Positions 23,991-35,786 of a DNA stretch of 64,000 bases are shown here, in pieces (position 1 is the first letter of the stretch; the number at the start of each line of letters is the position of its first letter). The position numbers and the translations under genes are program-made. The notes under the pieces were generated by a model. That model searched no databases. It had not been told where the DNA came from and worked only from the letters and a program-made list of their open reading frames with translations. The stretch is from Macrostomum hystrix (Eukaryota; Animalia; Platyhelminthes): positions 4,774,001 through 4,838,000 of the forward strand of contig CATNEN010000038.1 of the NCBI GenBank assembly GCA_950097015.1, read 5' to 3'.

Positions 23991-24251
23991 GTAGGAATTC
24001 AATGCGCCACAATTGAATTCGTAGGGTCGTAGTTTATGTGGTTGGTTTATCCTCTTGGTGTTTAATACGAGTACATTATTAATATGGTGCTAATAGTCTA
24101 TGGTACTTAGTCAAAGTCACTCTCGCAATAAGTAAAATTAAGCTGGGAATCTAGCTGTTGGTGAAGAATCCGTTAATCAATTGAGAAAGTAACTGAACAA
24201 GGTGTCAAAACTGTCAGCTTGTCAATCAACAGTTGGAGCACAGAGCGCGGC

Positions 24252-27021
24252 ATGACCAGTGGACCCAGCCATCAGCCGTACGGACCGCCAAGCTGTTATT
24301 CGTCCGCCCTGACCTGTGGCGTCTGCCTTGAGGAATTCCGCGATCCCAGAGCCCTGCCGTGCCTGCACACCTTCTGTCTGGACTGCCTGCTTCGCCTGCA
24401 TCAGCGAGGCCTCGGTGGCGGCGGCAGCCGGCTGGGCTGTCCCTGTTGCCGGCGGCTCTGCCAGCTGCCCGCGGTCGGGCCGGAGGGCCTGCCGAGAAAT
24501 TTTCACGTCGCCCGACTGCGCGAGATGCGACCGCTGATGCAGATGGGACAAGTGAGACTTTTGGGAGGCTAATCGATGAACTGCGAAGATGATTCTAGTA
24601 ATCGAGGGAGATGAACTCGAGGGACAGATCTGAAAGATTCGAGGGTGAGATCTGGAAGGTTCGAGGGTGAGATCTGAAAGGTTCCAGTGTGAGATCTGGA
24701 AGGTTCGAGGGTGAGATCTGGAAGGTTCGAGGGTGAGATCTGGAAGGTTCGAGGGTGAGATCTGGAAGGTTCGAGGGTGAGATCTGGAAGATTCGTGGGT
24801 GAGATCTGGAAGATTCGAGGGTGAGATCTGAAAGATTCGAGGGTGAGATCTGGAAGATTCGAGGGTGAGATCTGGAAGGTTCGAGGGTGAGATCTGGAAG
24901 ATTCGAGGGTGAGATCTGAAAGATTCGAGGGTGAGATCTGAAAGATTCGAGGGTGAGATCTGGAAGATTCGAGGGTGAGATCTGGAAGGTTTGAGGGTGA
25001 GATCTGGAAGATTCGTGGGTGAGATCTGGAAGATTCGAGGGTGAGATCTGAAAGATTCGAGGGTGAGATCTGAAAGATTCGAGGGTGAGATCTGGAAGAT
25101 TCGAGGGTGAGATCTGGAAGGTTCGAGGGTGAGATCTGAAAGGTTCCAGTGTGAGATCTGGAAGGTTCGAGGGTGAGATCTGGAAGGTTCGAGGGTGAGA
25201 TCTGGAAGGTTCGAGGGTGAGATCTGGAAGGTTCGAGGGTGAGATCTGGAAGATTCGAGGGTGAGATCTGAAAGATTCGTTGGTGAGATCTGGAAGATTC
25301 GAGGGTGAGATCTGGAAGGTTCGAGGGTGAGATCTGGAAGATTCGAGGGTGAGATCTGGAAGGTTCGAGGGTGAGATCTGGAAGGTTCGAGGGTGAGATC
25401 TGGAAGATTCGAGGGTGAGATCTGGAAGGTTCGAGGGTGAGATCTGGAAGGTTCGAGGGTGAGATCTGGAAGGTTCCAGGGTGAGATCTGGAAGGTTCGA
25501 GGGTGAGATCTGGAAGGTTCGAGGGTGCATGAGATCTGGAAGGTTCGAGGGTGAGATCTGGAAGATTCGAGGGTGAGATCTGGAAGATTCGAGGGTGAGA
25601 TCTGGAAGGTTGGAGGGTGAGATCTGGAAGGTTCGAGGGTGAGATCTGGAAGGTTCGAGGGTGAGATCTGGAAGGTTCCAGGGTGAGATCGTGCGACCAG
25701 GCATTAATCAAGTCATCCATCGCCGCAGGGCCTGGCCGAGGAGTTCGCCGACCGAGCCACCCGTGAGCTGGCCCGCCTGCCAAGCGAGGCTCAGCTGCGC
25801 GCCGACGCCGCCGACTGTCGCCGCCGGCTGGCCGACCTGCGCGCGAATCAGCATGGCATCGCCGCATTCTTGGACGCCGTCGAGGAGGCGGTGCGCGACG
25901 AACGCGAGGCGATGAGCGAAGCGCTGGCCGAGGCCAAGGCGCAGGTCAAGGCGAAGCGAAAGCGCGTCAAGGACTGCCTGGCCAGGAGGTGCGGGACTCC
26001 GAGGCGGTTGATGGATGGTTAGGGGCGGATGATGGATTTTGAGGTGATGATCATGTTGGGTGGCGGATGATAGATGTTTGGAGGGGATGCTTGGAAGGGT
26101 GGATGATGGATGCTTGGAGGGGTGGATGATGGATGCTTGGAAGGGTGGATGATGGATGCTTGGAGGGGTGGATGATGGATGCTTGGAGGGGTGGATGATG
26201 GATGCTTGGAGGGGTGGATGATGGATGCTTGGAGGGGTGGATGATAGATGCTTGGAGGGGTGGATGATAGATGGTTGGAGGGGATGCTTGGAAGGGTGGA
26301 TTATGGATGCTTGGAGAGGCGGATGATGGATTTTGAGGTGTGGATGATGAATGTCGAGGGGCGGATGAAGGATTATTGGAGGGGCGGATGATGGATGTTA
26401 GGGAGCGGATGATGGATGTTAGGGAGCGGATGATGGATAAGTTCAATCGATGGATTGGCCTGGATTACAAGTCCTATGAAAATCACCCTGAAACGCCTCC
26501 TGGCTAACCGAAGGTCGGTGTCCGAGCGCCTGCTCGACTGCGCCAAGAGCGATCGCCACCAGCTCGTGCTGGATCTGATCGGTGAATTTCGGGACAAGTG
26601 CGCCAGCAGCAACAGCAGCGGCTTCACAAGCGAGCCATCATCTTCGTCGATTGTGGCGACGCCAACCGAAGCCCAGGTGCGCGGCCGCCTTCGGGTTCGC
26701 CTACTTCAGCTGGCCGGTAACGCCGAATCGTCATCGACGTCGTCGATATCGCCAACGCCGTCGCCCTCACCTTCGGCGTCCAGCCATCAGTGCCATCGCA
26801 AGCGGCAGAGGCCGAGACAGCGGCGGCAGCGGCGGCATCAGGCGCTGCAGGGTGCCAGGAAAAGGGGCGCCAATCCCAACAGCCCTACTAAGAGTAGCAA
26901 TAAGAAGAGAAAACGCGCCGATTCCACCGAGAGCTCTTCGAGGCTGCTGGATGACAGCGAGATCGAAGAGCTCTGCCGCGAGTACGGGCTGACCAGCTAC
27001 ATGCTGTACGAGGAGGATTGA
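24252..27021 (+). CDS. TRIM-like RING-HC + coiled-coil protein without an evident B-box, 3 exons, ~355 aa
   Basis: Exons 24252-24551, 25729-25988, 26514-27021 (GT..AG, phases 0 and 2 are consistent); LTCGVCLEEFRDPRALPCLHTFCLDCL...CPCCR...LPRNF is a typical TRIM RING; exon 2 is helical (GLAEEFADRATRELARL...); exon 3 is Ser-rich and basic (NLS-like). Confidence 0.82.
24620..25690. repeat. 22-bp intronic minisatellite (GAGGGTGAGATCTGGAAGGTTC)n, ~48 units
   Basis: Fills intron 1 of the TRIM-like gene. Confidence 0.98.
26030..26440. repeat. ~23-bp intronic minisatellite (GGATGATGGATGCTTGGAGGGGT)n
   Basis: Fills intron 2 of the TRIM-like gene; degenerate at both edges. Confidence 0.93.
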
Positions 27022-27895
27022 GAAACATGGCGACTTTCATTGGCAGACTTTACTAATTGAACAAATTGTATGTAGTCGACTTCATTTCCAGAATTTGAGC
27101 GACATATCAGTTAGGCGAAATCTCTAGAAGATTTGAATTCTTCAGAGGCTGTGCTGTGTAAATTTGTTATAAATGAACTCAACTTTAGTATTCGTTTAAA
27201 ATCGAAAATCCAACACTAAGTTTCTGCAAGGATCTGCGTAAAAACTTCTCTTGTTGCAAAAACGAATGTAAATTGGTCAATTAAAATTGCGCCAAATCTT
27301 TTTTTACTCTTTTTAACAAAACTTTTGTGTACTTTTAGTGTAAATTTTAAACTATATGTTTGATTAAACAATTCAACGACAGTTTTGAGAATATTTACGT
27401 AGCGCCCGCCATTTTGTTTTAATTTGTCCTATTTGAGTCCATTCGTTTAAATTTTTATTCGGCGAGTAACTGATCGAGTTACTCGTATATTTGTGTTAAA
27501 ATTTTGACGTGTAAACGTCATTTTTCAATGCTTATGCTAAATCAGTATTTAGTTCTAAAGTTTCAGAATATAGGACAGATTTTTGCTGCTAAATTGCTTA
27601 ATCAACTAGTTCCATTTAATTTTAGTACAGCCGATTTCTCATTACTTCTCATAACTAGAAAAATCTATGCCCATATATTTTGCGTGTGGTAACGTTGTCT
27701 CTGCTGTGTGTTTTTACTTGCAGAAATTGAAAATAATAAAAAAGTATAATGCTTGACTGGTCTCTCGAGACATATTCTATGCTTGTACATTAAATTACCA
27801 GGCTTAGCCTAATAATTTAACACAGAAAAACGTAGAACAAGCTCTCCGCTCGTTTTACTTATTTGCTCATTCGCAAAGATCAATTCCTTATTTCT

Positions 27896-30800
27896 TCCCT
27901 GTCTCATCTCTCTCGTGTCTCATCTCTCTCGTGTCTCATCTCTCTCGTGTCTCATCTCTCTCGTGTCTCATCTCTCTCGTGTCTCATCTCTCTCGTGTCT
28001 CATGCATCTCTCTCGTGTCTCATCTCTCTCGTGTCTCATCTCTCTCGTGTCTCATCTCTCTCGTGTCTCATCTCTCTCGTGTCTCATCTCTCCTCTGTCT
28101 CATCTCCCCTGTCTCATCTCTCCCCTGTCTTATCTCTCTCGTGTCTCATCTCTCTCGTGTCTCATCTCTCTCGTGTCTCATCTCTCTCGTGTCTCATCTC
28201 TCTCGTGTCTCATCTCTCTCGTGTCTCATCTCTCCCGTCTCATCTATCCCTTGTCTCATATCTCTCCTGTCTCATCTCTCTCCAGTCTCATCTCTCTCCA
28301 GTCTCATCTCTCCCCTGTCTTATCTCTCTCGTGTCTCATCTCTCCCCTATCTCATCTCTCTCGTGTCTCATCTCTCCCGTCTCATCTATCCCTTGTCTCA
28401 TATCTCTCCTGTCTCATCTCTCTCCAGTCTTATCTCTCTCCAGTCTCATCTCTCCCCTGTCTTATCTCTCTCCTGTCTCATCTCTCTCCTGTCTCATCTC
28501 TCTCCTGTCTCATCTCTCTCCTGTCTCATCTCTCTCCTGTCTCATCTCTCTCGTGTCTCATCTCTCTCGTGTCTCATCTCTCTCGTGTCTCATCTCTCTC
28601 GTGTCTCATCTCTCTCGTGTCTCATCTCTCTCGTGTCTCATCTCTCTCGTGTCTCATCTCTCTCGTGTCTCATCTCTCTCGTGTCTCATCTCTCTCGTGT
28701 CTCATCTCTCTCCTGTCTCATCTCTCTCGTGTCTCATCTCTCTCCTGTCTCATCTCTCTCGTGTCTCATCTCTCTCGTGTCTCATCTCTCTCGTGTCTCA
28801 TCTCTCTCGTGTCTCATCTCTCTCGTGTCTCATCTCTCTCGTGTCTCATCTCTCTCGTGTCTCATCTCTCTCCTGTCTCATCTCTCTCGTGTCTCATCTC
28901 TCTCGTGTCTCATCTCTCTCGTGTCTCATCTCTCTCGTGTCTCATCTCTCTCGTGTCTCATCTCGCTCGTGTCTCATCTCTCCCCTATCTCATCTCTCTC
29001 CTGTCTCATCTCTCTCGTGTCTCATCTCTCCCGTCTCATCTATCCCTTGTCTCATATCTCTCCTGTCTCATCTCTCTCCAGTCTTATCTCTCTCCAGTCT
29101 CATCTCTCCCCTGTCTTATCTCTCTCCTGTCTCATCTCTCTCCTGTCTCATCTCTCTCCTGTCTCATCTCTCTCCTGTCTCATCTCTCTCCTGTCTCATC
29201 TCTCTCGTGTCTCATCTCTCTCGTGTCTCATCTCTCTCGTGTCTCATCTCTCTCGTGTCTCATCTCTCCCCTATCTCATCTCTCTCGTGTCTCATCTCTC
29301 TCGTGTCTCATCTCTCCCGTCTCATCTATCCCTTGTCTCATATCTCTCCTGTCTCATCTCTCTCCAGTCTCATCTCTCTCCTGTCTCATCTATCCCCTGT
29401 CTCATCTCTCCCCTATCTCATCTCTCTCCTGTCTCATCTCTCTCGTGTCTCATCTCTCTCGTGTCTCATCTCTCTCGTGTCTCATCTCTCTCGTGTCTCA
29501 TCTCTCTCGTGTCTCATCTCTCTCGTGTCTCATCTCTCTCGTGTCTCATCTCTCTCGTGTCTCATCTCTCTCGTGTCTCATCTCTCTCGTGTCTCATCTC
29601 TCTCGTGTCTCATCTCTCTCCTGTCTCATCTCTCTCGTGTCTCATCTCTCTCCTGTCTCATCTCTCTCGTGTCTCATCTCTCTCGTGTCTCATCTCTCTC
29701 GTGTCTCATCTCTCTCGTGTCTCATCTCTCTCGTGTCTCATCTCTCTCGTGTCTCATCTCTCTCGTGTCTCATCTCTCTCCTGTCTCATCTCTCTCGTGT
29801 CTCATCTCTCTCGTGTCTCATCTCTCTCGTGTCTCATCTCTCTCGTGTCTCATCTCTCTCGTGTCTCATCTCTCCCCTGTCTCATCTCTCTCCTGTCTCA
29901 TCTCTCTCCTGTCTCATCTCTCTCGTGTCTCATCTCTCTCGTGTCTCATCTCTCTCGTGTCTCATCTCTCTCGTGTCTCATCTCTCTCCTGTCTCATCTC
30001 TCCCCTATCTCATCTCTCTCCTGTCTCATCTCTCTCGTGTCTCATCTCTCTCGTGTCTCATCTCTCTCGTGTCTCATCTCTCTCGTGTCTCATCTCTCTC
30101 GTGTCTCATCTCTCTCGTGTCTCATCTCTCTCGTGTCTCATCTCTCTCGTGTCTCATCTCTCTCGTGTCTCATCTCTCTCGTGTCTCATCTCTCTCGTGT
30201 CTCATCTCTCTCGTGTCTCATCTCTCTCGTGTCTCATCTCTCTCGTGTCTCATCTCTCTCGTGTCTCATCTCTCTCGTGTCTCATCTCTCTCCTGTCTCA
30301 TCTCTCTCGTGTCTCATCTCTCTCGTGTCTCATCTCTCTCGTGTCTCATCTCTCTCGTGTCTCATCTCTCTCGTGTCTCATCTCTCTCGTGTCTCATCTC
30401 TCTCGTGTCTCATCTCTCTCGTGTCTCATCTCTCTCGTGTCTCATCTCTCCCCTATCTCATCTCTCTCCTGTCTCATCTCTCTCGTGTCTCATCTCTCCC
30501 GTCTCATCTATCCCTTGTCTCATATCTCTCCTGTCTCATCTCTCTCCAGTCTTATCTCTCTCCAGTCTCATCTCTCCCCTGTCTTATCTCTCTCCTGTCT
30601 CATCTCTCTCCTGTCTCATCTCTCTCGTGTCTCATCTCTCTCGTGTCTCATCTCTCTCGTGTCTCATCTCTCTCGTGTCTCATCTCTCTCCTGTCTCATC
30701 TCTCTCCTGTCTCATCTCTCTCCTGTCTCATCTCTCTCCAGTCTCATCTCTCTCCTGTCTCATCTCTCTCCTTTCTCATCTCTCTCCTGTCTCATCTCTC

Positions 30801-33800
30801 TCGTGTCTCATCTCTCTCGTGTCTCATCTCTCTCGTGTCTCATCTCTCTCGTGTCTCATCTCTCTCCAGTCTTATCTCTCTCCTGTCTCATCTCTCTCCT
30901 GTCTCATCTCTCTCCTGTCTCATCTCTCTCCTGTCTCATCTCTCTCCTTTCTCATCTCTCTCCTGTCTCATCTCTCTCCTGTCTCATCTCTCTCCAGTCT
31001 CATCTCTCTCCTGTCTCATCTCTCTCGTGTCTCATCTCTCTCGTGTCTTATCTCTCTCGTGTCTCATCTCTCTCGTGTCTCATCTCTCTCCTGTCTCATC
31101 TCTCTCCTGTCTCATCTCTCTCCTGTCTCATCTCTCTCCTGTCTCATCTCTCTCCAGTCTCATCTCTCTCCTGTCTCATCTCTCTCCTTTCTCATCTCTC
31201 TCCTGTCTCATCTCTCTCCAGTCTCATCTCTCTCCTGTCTCATCTCTCTCCTTTCTCATCTCTCTCCTGTCTCATCTCTCTCGTGTCTCATCTCTCTCCT
31301 GTCTCATCTCTCTCCAGTCTCATCTCTCTCCTGTCTCATCTCTCTCCTTTCTCATCTCTCTCCTGTCTCATCTCTCTCCAGTCTCATCTCTCTCCTGTCT
31401 CATCTCTCTCCTTTCTCATCTCTCTCCTGTCTCATCTCTCTCCTGTCTCATCTCTCTCCTGTCTCATCTCTCTCCTGTCTCATCTCTCTCCTTTCTCATC
31501 TCTCTCCTGTCTCATCTCTCTCCTTTCTCATCTCTCTCCAGTCTCATCTCTCTCCAGTCTCATCTCTCTCCAGTCTCATCTCTCCCCTGTCTTATCTCTC
31601 TCGTGTCTCATCTCTCCCCTATCTCATCTCTCTCGTGTCTCATCTCTCCCGTCTCATCTATCCCTTGTCTCATATCTCTCCTGTCTCATCTCTCTCCAGT
31701 CTTATCTCTCTCCTGTCTCATCTCTCTCCTGTCTCATCTCTCTCCTGTCTCATCTCTCTCGTGCCTCATCTCTCTCGTGTCTCATCTCTCTCGTGTCTCA
31801 TCTCTCTCGTGTCTCATCTCTCTCGTGTCTCATCTCTCTCGTGTCTCATCTCTCCCCTATCTCATCTCTCTCCTGTCTCATCTCTCTCCTGTCTCATCTC
31901 TCTCCTGTCTCATCTCTCTCGTGTCTCATCTCTCTCGTGTCTCATCTCTCTCGTGTCTCATCTCTCTCGTGTCTCATCTCTCCCCTATCTCATCTCTCTC
32001 GTGTCTCATCTCTCTCGTGTCTCATCTCTCCCGTCTCATCTATCCCTTGTCTCATATCTCTCCTGTCTCATCTCTCTCCAGTCTCATCTCTCTCCTGTCT
32101 CATCTATCCCCTGTCTCATCTCTCCCCTATCTCATCTCTCTCCTGTCTCATCTCTCTCGTGTCTCATCTCTCTCGTGTCTCATCTCTCTCGTGTCTCATC
32201 TCTCTCGTGTCTCATCTCTCTCGTGTCTCATCTCTCTCGTGTCTCATCTCTCTCGTGTCTCATCTCTCTCGTGTCTCATCTCTCTCCTGTCTCATCTCTC
32301 TCGTGTCTCATCTCTCTCGTGTCTCATCTCTCTCGTGTCTCATCTCTCTCCTGTCTCATCTCTCTCGTGTCTCATCTCTCTCGTGTCTCATCTCTCTCGT
32401 GTCTCATCTCTCTCGTGTCTCATCTCTCTCGTGTCTCATCTCTCCCCTATCTCATCTCTCTCCTGTCTCATCTCTCTCGTGTCTCATCTCTCCCGTCTCA
32501 TCTATCCCTTGTCTCATATCTCTCCTGTCTCATCTCTCTCCAGTCTTATCTCTCTCCAGTCTCATCTCTCCCCTGTCTTATCTCTCTCCTGTCTCATCTC
32601 TCTCCTGTCTCATCTCTCTCCTGTCTCATCTCTCTCCTGTCTCATCTCTCTCCTGTCTCATCTCTCTCGTGTCTCATCTCTCTCGTGTCTCATCTCTCTC
32701 GTGTCTCATCTCTCTCGTGTCTCATCTCTCCCCTATCTCATCTCTCTCGTGTCTCATCTCTCTCGTGTCTCATCTCTCCCGTCTCATCTATCCCTTGTCT
32801 CATATCTCTCCTGTCTCATCTCTCTCCAGTCTCATCTCTCTCCTGTCTCATCTATCCCCTGTCTCATCTCTCCCCTATCTCATCTCTCTCCTGTCTCATC
32901 TCTCTCGTGTCTCATCTCTCTCGTGTCTCATCTCTCTCGTGTCTCATCTCTCTCGTGTCTCATCTCTCTCGTGTCTCATCTCTCTCGTGTCTCATCTCTC
33001 TCGTGTCTCATCTCTCTCGTGTCTCATCTCTCTCGTGTCTCATCTCTCTCGTGTCTCATCTCTCTCGTGTCTCATCTCTCTCCTGTCTCATCTCTCTCGT
33101 GTCTCATCTCTCTCGTGTCTCATCTCTCTCGTGTCTCATCTCTCTCGTGTCTCATCTCTCTCGTGTCTCATCTCTCTCGTGTCTCATCTCTCTCGTGTCT
33201 CATCTCTCTCGTGTCTCATCTCTCCCCTATCTCATCTCTCTCCTGTCTCATCTCTCTCGTGTCTCATCTCTCCCGTCTCATCTATCCCTTGTCTCATATC
33301 TCTCCTGTCTCATCTCTCTCCAGTCTTATCTCTCTCCAGTCTCATCTCTCCCCTGTCTTATCTCTCTCCTGTCTCATCTCTCTCCTGTCTCATCTCTCTC
33401 GTGTCTCATCTCTCTCGTGTCTCATCTCTCTCGTGTCTCATCTCTCTCGTGTCTCATCTCTCTCCTGTCTCATCTCTCTCCTGTCTCATCTCTCTCCTGT
33501 CTCATCTCTCTCCTGTCTCATCTCTCTCCTGTCTCATCTCTCTCCTTTCTCATCTCTCTCCTGTCTCATCTCTCTCGTGTCTCATCTCTCTCGTGTCTCA
33601 TCTCTCTCGTGTCTCATCTCTCTCGTGTCTCATCTCTCTCCTGTCTCATCTCTCTCCTGTCTCATCTCTCTCCTGTCTCATCTCTCTCCTGTCTCATCTC
33701 TCTCCTGTCTCATCTCTCTCCTGTCTCATCTCTCTCCTGTCTCATCTCTCTCCTGTCTCATCTCTCTCCAGTCTCATCTCTCTCCTGTCTCATCTCTCTC

Positions 33801-34875
33801 GTGTCTCATCTCTCTCGTGTCTTATCTCTCTCGTGTCTCATCTCTCTCGTGTCTCATCTCTCTCCTGTCTCATCTCTCTCCTGTCTCATCTCTCTCCTGT
33901 CTCATCTCTCTCCTGTCTCATCTCTCTCCAGTCTCATCTCTCTCCAGTCTCATCTCTCTCCTTTCTCATCTCTCTCCTTTCTCATCTCTCTCCAGTCTCA
34001 TCTCTCTCCAGTCTCATCTCTCTCCTGTCTCATCTCTCTCCTTTCTCATCTCTCTCCTGTCTCATCTCTCTCCTGTCTCATCTCTCTCCTGTCTCATCTC
34101 TCTCCAGTCTCATCTCTCTCCTGTCTCATCTCTCTCCTTTCTCATCTCTCTCCTGTCTCATCTCTCTCCAGTCTCATCTCTCTCCTGTCTCATCTCTCTC
34201 CTTTCTCATCTCTCTCCTGTCTCATCTCTCTCCTGTCTCATCTCTCTCCTGTCTCATCTCTCTCCTGTCTCATCTCTCTCCTTTCTCATCTCTCTCCTGT
34301 CTCATCTCTCTCCTTTCTCATCTCTCTCCAGTCTCATCTCTCTCCTGTCTCATCTCTCTCCAGTCTCATCTCTCTCCTGTCTCATCTCTCTCCAGTCTCA
34401 TCTCTCTCCTGTCTCATCTCTCTCCTTTCTCATCTCTCTCCTGTCTCATCTCTCTCCTGTCTCATCTCTCTCCTGTCTCATCTCTCTCCTGTCTCATCTC
34501 TCTCCTGTCTCATCTCTCTCCTGTCTCATCTCTCTCCTGTCTCATCTCTCTCCTGTCTCATCTCTCTCCTGTCTCATCTCTCCCCTATCTCATCTCTCTC
34601 CTGTCTCATCTCTCTCCTGTCTCATCTCTCTCCAGTCTCATCTCTCTCCTGTCTCATCTCTCTCCTTTCTCATCTCTCTCCTGTCTCATCTCTCTCCTTT
34701 CTCATCTCTCTCCTGTCTCATCTCTCTCCTGTCTCATCTCTCTCCAGTCTCATCTCTCCCCTGTCTTATCTCTCTCCTGTCTCATCTCTCTCCTGTCTCA
34801 TCTCTCTCCAGTCTCATCTCTCTCCTGTCTCATCTCTCTCCTTTCTCATCTCTCTCCTGTCTCATCTCTCCTCTG
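27896..34875. repeat. 7-kb satellite of a 16-bp pyrimidine-rich unit (GTCTCATCTCTCTCGT / ...CTCCT)n, roughly 430 units
   Basis: Direct periodicity; three stop-free plus-strand frames with 16-aa periodicity are artefacts. Confidence 0.99.
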
Positions 34876-35786
34876 TCCCCTGCTTTTTATATGCTTTTTA
34901 ATTTTTTATGCGACATTTACGATAATGAGACATTAGAAAGGCAATGATGTACTTTTAGTATATTTTAGCTTAAGTTTCTTCAATAGCTTCTGGTTTTTGT
35001 TTACTTCAGTAATTTACAAAAAAATTCTCCTTCTCATAACTCGTTTAAAAAAATTAGGATTTATAACAGCTCATACTCGTAGCTTATAATTCAAAATCGA
35101 GAAATTGCATCATAGATAAAAATAGAAGCTAAATAGAAGATGCGACAAACAGAAAGCTTGGGGTATTGGCATGCAAATTGCGCCCCTGGCTGCATGGAGA
35201 CTTGTGTTTGCTCGTGTACGGTATCTGTACAGGAGTCAGCGGAATAGACACAATTGCGAGTCAAATGATGAGCCCTGCCGCGTATCAAGAAACACTATTA
35301 ATAATACTAATATAATAAACACAGCGATTGTCGTTCCTTGAGTGTACAGTACTACAACGTGCTTCCTACGTGCACCCTATCGTGTAAAGAGTGAAGTTCT
35401 GTTTTCTGTTTTTTAATCGTAGCATATACAAGTAATTACAGGTTTTAAAAAATGACAAGAGAAGGTAAATAAACAAATAATAATATAGGGAACTTCGCTT
35501 TCTGTTGCTGCGCAGTATCCACAGCACCGAGAATTTACTCGTGCAAATTTTTGCCAGCCAATCGCGTGAAACCACAGCCTGTCCAATTTGGTACGAACCT
35601 AGTTGCTCTGTATTGTGCAGAATAAATGCTATAAATTCCGATGAAATTCGCATGGCTAACTGACTCATGGATAAAAGGCAGTTTAAATAGGAACTCTGTC
35701 AATTAATTCATCTTGCCTCAAATACCTATCTTGAGAAAAGACTCCAATTGTCGGTTGCATTTGATTTCTGTCTCCATATAGTTGCC

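Noticed and set aside
27863-34947. Three >2300-aa ORFs (Ser/Leu-rich)
   Set aside because: All three frames are open only because the 16-bp unit lacks stops on this strand; non-ATG starts and purely periodic translation
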